DNA of 64,000 bases from the human T2T-CHM13v2.0 reference genome, Homo sapiens. Position numbers and translations under genes: made by a program. The stretch lies in assembly GCF_009914755.1 (NCBI RefSeq), contig NC_060942.1, one strand, 5' to 3'. Positions 57,417 to 64,000 of the stretch are shown piece by piece; the stretch's first letter is position 1, and each line of letters starts with the position of its first letter. The notes beneath the pieces are model-generated. The model saw only the letters and a list, made by a program, of their open reading frames with translations. It was not told the DNA's origin and ran no database searches.

Positions 57417-58737
57417 GTAGGCCCACTGTGCCAGGGCACAGCTGTGTGCCCCCCAGGCGGCTAGAGATGCGGAGTCCAAGATTTAACACTGGCCGGGAAT
57501 CTGGCATGTGTTTTTGAGGAAAAGGCCGGTTTTTGAGGAAAAGGTCACTAGATGTAGATGTATTGTTCCGGTTGTAAGAGGTCTGCTTGCTGTACAGATG
57601 AATTGCATGTTCACCTGCAACTCACAATCAATTTGCAAGACAAACTGAAATAACATTGAAATGCCCTCTCTCCCTTGTCAGACTGGCAAAAATGTAAAAG
57701 TCTGTCAGCACCTGTTGTTGAGGCTGTGGGGAAACAGAGGCTCGCTCACGTAATTGCTAGTGAGACTGTGACTTGGTTGGACTTTCTGTAGGGGCATTGG
57801 GCAGCCCTAACAAATGCATGTGTGCTCACCCTGGGGACCAGCCCTGAAGATGCCCCTCCAGCCTCCCAAGGTTTAGCTGCCCACGCTTTCCACTGCAGCA
57901 GAGCCATCATTGCACAGTGGAGACCTGAGTGCCCGCATGTGGGAAGCAGAGGATGAGTTCTGGGACATCCCCACAGAGGGTGCTGTGCTACAGTGGGCAG
58001 GAGGCAGAATTCCAGCAGGGTGCTCTGATATCCAGCCCAGGGCGCCGTCTTCCGTGTGAAGGGAATGGGGTGTGGAAGGGGTGGAACACAGAGGAGCGTG
58101 CAGCACGGATGCCTAGCCAGCACCACTCCAGCCCAGCGGCCGTGGGCAGCATCAGCACCCACACATCAAGACTGCTTCTGTCCTTGGCAGTGTGGGATGA
58201 AAGTGGCACTTTTCCCAAAAACCCCGTAACATGAGAAAAACAGACAAATTCCAAGTGAGGGATAGCCTGCGAAATTTCTGACCAGCCATGGCCAGGCCAC
58301 GCAGAGGGCAGAGGCGTGCCACGCTGGCCGGGAAGGAAAGCTGCACTAAGATGGCTGGACCCTTGGGGTTCCTGTGTATGTTGGGGGGGTGGGGATTGTT
58401 TTTGGCCTTTGTGTGTCTGTTGTCTTTTAATGAGTGTAGGACTAGAAGAAGGGAGAGTCCTACTCAAGGAGGAATTCCTGTCCCAGAAACTGGAATCCTT
58501 GGATCCCTGTGACCAGGATGGCTTTTTTGGAGTGTGGAGTAGAGCACATGGGCTTTGGATGTATTGCAGGCCAGTGGTGTCAGCAGTGACGGCCCTGTCC
58601 GGGCCAGGAAGCCCAGGGCCCCACCTGTGGTGCTTGCGGTGGCTCCTCTCCCAGGTCCCTCCAGGGGCTGGTGAGCCCCGAGACCCTCAGTCCTCCCTCT
58701 CTGTCCTGAAGGGAGCCTGTCGCTTGGCTGCTTGGGT

Positions 58738-59216
58738 TCTTTTTCATTTTTAAATTTCTTTTACTTTCACTTTAGGTTCGGAGATGCATGTGCAGGGTTT
58801 GTTATACAGGTAAACTCAGGTCACAGGGGATTGTTGTACAGATTATTTCATCACCCTGGTACTAAGCTAAGTAGCCAATAATTTTTCCTGCTCCTCTCCC
58901 TCCTCCCTCAAGGAGGCCCCAGTGTGTGTGATTTGCTCCTCTCTACGGGTCCATGTGTTCTCACCATTTAGCTCCCACTTATCAGTGAGAACATGTGGTA
59001 TTTGGTTTTCTGTTTCAAGATGGATTGAAGACTGAAATGTAAAACCCACAACTCTAAAAACCCTGGAAGACAACCTAGACAATACCATTCTGGACAGAGG
59101 AACAGCAAAGATGTCATGACGAAGACGCCAAAAGCAATTGCAACACAAGCCAAAGTTGATAAATGGGATCCAGTTAAACTTAAGAGCTTCTGCACAGCAA
59201 AATAAACTATCAGCAG
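58738..59216 (-). mobile_element. Short L1PA (old primate) insertion with 5' inversion
   Basis: Minus-strand L1 3'UTR (to ~59015) abuts a plus-strand ORF2 piece (caagatggattgaagac...gagcttctgcacagcaaaa). Confidence 0.82.
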
Positions 59217-60920
59217 GATTCTTTCTTTTGAAACCTTCTGATGAATCTCCCTGCCCCAGGGCTGCATTAGCGTCCTCTGGTGCAGTGAGCTGACGGCCAT
59301 GTTGGGGGGCTCTGCTGAGTCCCCACCAACTTCAGGGCACAACACCGCCCCTTCTTAGAAATTCACACCTCACTTGTCGCTTGTAGCAGAGCCAGGCCGA
59401 CAGGTGTGTTGCAGTAAGAACGGTATTAACTACAGCTGATCGCAAACTTATTTGATGATGAAATTCTTTCTTGAGGAACATTTGCCATTGTCTCAGAGAG
59501 CACTTTCTAGGGAGAACTAGGTTTACGTAACCTCTGCCACAGGGTAAGCCTAACTGCACCCTTCGAGGAGTGCAGCTCGTCGGTATTTCTTTTAAAGTCA
59601 TCAGCATAGAGTGGCAGCTGCGTGCACTGTTCCCACCGCAGGAGATTTCTCTGGAGGTCAGAGAAACAGAAGCCAAGGTTATAAAAGCTTTCCTTTCAGC
59701 CCACTGGACAGTCTGTTCCCCCGTGGACTCTCTGTCCTCCTTTCAGCTTAGCAAACAGTGAGTGCCTGCTGTATGCACAGAAGGTGGTCCCAGAAACAGG
59801 CGGCTCCATCCTCAGGAAGCTTAGCACTCAGTGTGACCGCAGTTACATCCAACACAGACCGGGTGGGAACCCCAGACGGAGTGGGGGAGGAATGCACTCT
59901 AGCTGTTGATGGTGATTGGTGTCATCAGGAGTGGTGGTGTCACTGGTCAGGCCTCACCTGCAGTCCTGGCTCTGCCTGGTCTGCAGTGCTGGGAAGGCTC
60001 CCCCACTCACCTCCCGAGTTTGTTTTTCCCACCCTGCTGCTTTCATTACACCCACCTCCCAGACTGTGCTGGGCCTTGAGCAGTGCGACATACGCAGCTG
60101 GAACACAGGCGGTCACATGGAACACACACAGGAAACGTGTACTTTTCCCTGACTCCTGCCTTACAGGGTAGAGGTTAGCTCTAAAGACTGAGATTCTATT
60201 AGGATAATTATTATGCTTCTGCAATTTTGGAAAATAACCACATTGCACATCCTCAGGTGCCTGCAAGGGCAGCAGCTATCAGATCTTTGAGAAATTTGCA
60301 GTCACGTGAATGCAGTATCTCTGGCAAGTTGCCAATCACAACAGGAGAAGGGAACAGTTTCCTCTTGGCTTTAAAAGCCTCTGTCGTATCACCGGGAGAA
60401 CGCACTTCAGAATCATGGGCATTCTGTGAGGACTTGTGGGTGAGAGTCACTGAACGGGTCCCAGCTGGGTGCCGCAGGGCCTCAGGCCACAACCTATGGG
60501 TGGCCTCAGGCCACGACATATGGGTGGACTCGTGTGTGAAACGGGGACAGGATCCCCCACAGCCAACGGAGAGAGCTCACCTGGACTCCTGCACTAGGCT
60601 CATGGCATGACGCCCTTGGTCTCGGTTAAAGCTGATGAAGGAGATATTTCTACCCCTATTTGGGACACAGATGTGGCCAAGCCATATAGCTAGCAGGCAG
60701 TAAAGCTCAGATGGGGACTGGAGTCTCCCCGAGAAGCCCCAGTGTTGTCACTCTGTTGTCACTACCGATGCATTGAAGTCCTTAAGAACACAAATCACAG
60801 ATTAGCCTTTGATTTTGTCCTTGCCACTGACTTGAACTTTGCAGTGATTTGCTTCCTCTTGTTTCTAGTCTCGAAAGCTGTTTTGATCTTGTTTCTTGGT
60901 TTCTGTGTGTTGTCTCCCAG

Positions 60921-61050
60921 GAGCACATGCAGACACACCAGGCCGGCCCCTCTTTGAGCTCCCAGAAGCCAAGAGTGTTTAAATGTGACACTTGTGAGAA
61001 GGCATTTGCCAAACCAAGCCAGCTGGAGCGCCACAGCCGCATACACACAG
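60921..61050 (+). CDS. ZNF236: Coding exon R (EHMQTHQ...[22 protein letters not shown]), 130 nt, phase 0->1
   Basis: tctcccag| acceptor, CAG|gtaacg donor; ORF 60849..61118. Confidence 0.95.
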
Positions 61051-61912
61051 GTAACGGGGAAGGACGTGCTTTTGTTTCCTTACTCTTTGAAGTAGACATC
61101 ATGGGTGAGAAAACATAATTCCACCTGTGCAATATTCACGAGCGATGGAATGCTTTATTTATAAAGCAAGGTCCACATGTTCCATTTCTCCTGAGTTTTG
61201 ACCTATTTATCGTCATAACTAACTTTTCACATGGAAGATTTTGCTGCTTACATTATGACCATATGAAACAGAAGCATCAGGCAAGCCTCCCGTGCCGTGT
61301 CTGGGATGTTGACCATGTCACGTCCCTCCTTCCCTTCTGCTGGAGCAAACAGGCGGCCCCCAGTGCCTGGGTCCCATGTCCTCAATGTCACCGGGGAACT
61401 TAATTTTTAATCTTCCTCTTCTGTCTTAAAACTTTTTTTCTCTGCTGGCTTTTCCTACACCACCTAAATCTGCTCAAACCTTTTGTCTTAGAGAAAAAAA
61501 ACACACGGAACAAAGAAACAAGCTCTTCCATCTTCTGCCTCTTGACTGTACACGATAGCTCGTGTCAGCCCTTCCGTCTCCGCCCTGCCCTAACAGGACA
61601 TCATCCCGGGCTCATTTCTGTTGTGATCATCTGACGACTCACTGTGGGCCTGGGGTTCCACAGGCTGCATCCACCGTGGCCCTTCCATGGCTCTCTGATC
61701 CCTCCGCCCCATCTGCTGGGGGTCGTTAGGACCTGGCCAGGCTCCCTCTGGTCTCCCTATGGCTCCTCCAGCCCTTTGTTCAGATGACAGCCAGGCTGAA
61801 AGCCTAAAAGAAAAGAGGAACATTCAGTCCCTCTTGTTCATACCTCAGGGTAGAGCCCAGGCATCCACTATACTTTTCTTAGAGACATTGACATATGCCA
61901 TTTTCTGTACAG

Positions 61913-62089
61913 GGGAGCGGCCGTTCCATTGCACGCTTTGTGAGAAAGCCTTCAACCAGAAGAGTGCGCTGCAGGTGCACATGAAGAAGCACACGGGGGA
62001 GCGGCCCTACAAGTGTGCCTACTGCGTCATGGGCTTCACGCAGAAGAGCAACATGAAGCTGCACATGAAGCGGGCGCACAGCTATGCTG
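61913..62089 (+). CDS. ZNF236: Coding exon S (ERPFHCTLC...HMKRAHSYA), 177 nt, last 2 fingers, phase 1->1
   Basis: ttttctgtacag| acceptor, CTG|gtgaga donor; ORF 61759..62250. Confidence 0.96.
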
Positions 62090-62235
62090 GTGAGAATGCT
62101 GCACCCGGGAGTGCGTGCTGTTCGGTGGCCTGCGAGGCACCCTGTGTTTCGCATACATTGTTTCCTTTAGTTCACACAGTGATTTTGCATTGCACGTGGT
62201 ACAGCCTCAGTTGTGTGGACTGGAAGCTTGTGCTT

Positions 62236-62599
62236 TATTTTATTTTTTGATTTCCATAGGTTATTGGGGAACAGATAGTGTTTGGTTACATGAGTAAGTT
62301 CTGTAGTGGTGATTTGTGAGATTTTCGTGCACCCATCACCTGAGCAGTGTACACTGCACCCTATTTATAGTCTTTTATCCCTCACCCCCTTCCCATTCTT
62401 TCCCCCCGAGTCCCCAAAGTCCATTGTGTCATTCTTATGCCTTTGTATCCTCATAGCTTAGCTCCCACTTATGAGTGAGAACATGCGATGTTTGGTTTTC
62501 CATTCCTGTGTTACTTCACTTAGAATAATGGCCTTCAATTTCATCCAGGTGGTTGCAGATGCTATTAATTCATTCCTTTTTATGGCTGAGTAGTATTCC

Positions 62600-62638
<39 letters not shown>

Positions 62639-64000
62639 TTATGTATATAAATACCACAGTTTCTTTATCCACTCGTCGATTTATGGACATTTGGTTTGGT
62701 TCCCTGTTTTTGCAGTTGCGAATTGTGCTGCCATAAACATGCGTGTGCAAGTGTCTTTTTCATACAATGAAAAAGATTCTACTTATTTTCCTCTGGGTAG
62801 AGATACCCAGTAGTGGGACTGCTGGATCAAATGGTAGTTCTATTTTTAGTTCTTTAAGGAATCTCTACACTGTTTTCCATAGTGGCTGTACTAGTTTACA
62901 TTCCCACTAGCAGTGTGGAAGTATTCCCTGTTCACCACATCCATGCTAGCATGTACTATTTTTTTTTTATTTTTTGATTATGGCCATTCTTGCGTGAGTA
63001 AAATGGTATCACATTGTGGTTTTGATTTGCATTTTCCTGATCATTAGTGATGTTGAGCATTTTTTCATACGTTTGCTGGCCATTTATATATCTTCTTTTG
63101 AGAATTGTCTGTTCATGTCCTTAGCTCACTTTTTGATGGGATTGTTTGTTTTTTTTCTTACTGATTAGTTTGAATTCGTTGTAGATTCTGGATATTAGTC
63201 CTTTTCAGATGTATAGATAGTGAAGATTTTCTCCCACTCTGTGGGTTGTCTGTTTAGTCTGCTGACTGTTCCTTTTGCCATTAAAAAGCTCTTTAGTGTA
63301 ATGAAGTCCCAGCTATTTATCTTTGTTTTTATTGCATTCACTTTTGTGCTCTTGGTCCTCGCCGAAGCCAATGTCTAGAAGGGTTTTTCCAATTTTATCT
63401 TCTAGAATTTTTATAGTTTCAGGTCTTAGTTTTTTTAATCCATCTTGAGTTGATTTTTGTATGAGATGAGATATGAAGATCCAGTTTCATTCTCCTAACG
63501 TGTGGCTAGCCAATTATCCCAGCACTGTTTGTTGAAAAGGGTGTCCTTTCCCCATTTTATGTTTTTGTTTTCCTTATTGAGGATCAGTTGGCTATAAGTA
63601 TTTGGGTTTATTTCTGGGTTCTCTATTCAGTTCCATTGGTCTGTATGCCTATTTTTATACCAGTACCATGCTGTTTTGGTGACTATGACCTTATAGTATA
63701 GTTTGAAATCAGGTAATGTGATGCCTCCAGATTTGTTCTTTTTGCTTAGTCTTACTTTGGCTATGTGAGCTCTTTTTTGATTCCATATCAATTTTAGAAT
63801 TGTTTTTTCTAATTCTGTGAAGAATGATGTTGGTATTTTGATGGGAATTGCGATGAATTTGTAGATTGCTTTTGGCAGTATGGCCATTTTCACAATATTG
63901 ATTCTACCCAACCATGAGCATGGGATGTGTTTCCATTTGTTTGGGTCATCTGTGATTTCTTTCAGCAGTGTTTTGTAGTTTTCCTTGTGGAGGTCTTTTA
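62236..64000 (-). mobile_element. L1PB-like 3' region (continues past the window), with (TG)n at ~62602-62636
   Basis: L1 3'UTR motifs; ORF 63627..63911 ([18 protein letters not shown]...[11 protein letters not shown]) is L1 ORF2p. Confidence 0.93.

Noticed and set aside
57746-58753. Overlapping 100-159 aa ORFs on both strands
   Set aside because: GC-rich intronic and old L1M-derived sequence with no domain, and no phase-compatible splice sites are needed for the gene.
60477-60526. 24-bp tandem duplication (ggcctcaggccac.ac.tatgggt), and similar short duplications at ~24584-24625 and ~57510-57544
   Set aside because: Two-copy slippage duplications with no further structure.
63627-63911. 94-aa ORF resembling a reverse-transcriptase-associated protein
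   Set aside because: Fragment of L1 ORF2p in a decayed L1 with stops and frameshifts nearby.

Overview
This is eukaryotic (primate, almost certainly human) genomic DNA, not prokaryotic. The whole window lies inside one + strand gene that I recognise as ZNF236 (multi-C2H2 zinc-finger protein, human 18q23). I traced 19 consecutive coding exons (5150-62089). Their splice phases chain into one open frame of 3525 nt (~1175 codons) carrying 17 C2H2 fingers. The start and stop codons lie outside the window; exon numbers ~12-30 are inferred from memory. The introns hold many Alus, L1 fragments, two MER1B, MER2, a near-full-length Tigger1, THE1B/MLT1/MER21 LTRs and several minisatellites. The most interesting observations are: (1) an exon-like, stop-terminated 60-codon segment at 32412-32593 that continues the preceding exon in phase and style; (2) an 82-nt truncating cassette exon at 37325-37406; (3) a GC-AG intron that contains a 33-bp VNTR, a head-to-head AluY pair 27 nt apart and a sense THE1B LTR; (4) an ancient internal duplication of a 4-finger block with different intron positions. 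I see no CRISPR array, RNA gene or convincingly new multi-gene system. Repeat family names come from recalled consensus sequences, and boundaries of old repeats are approximate.
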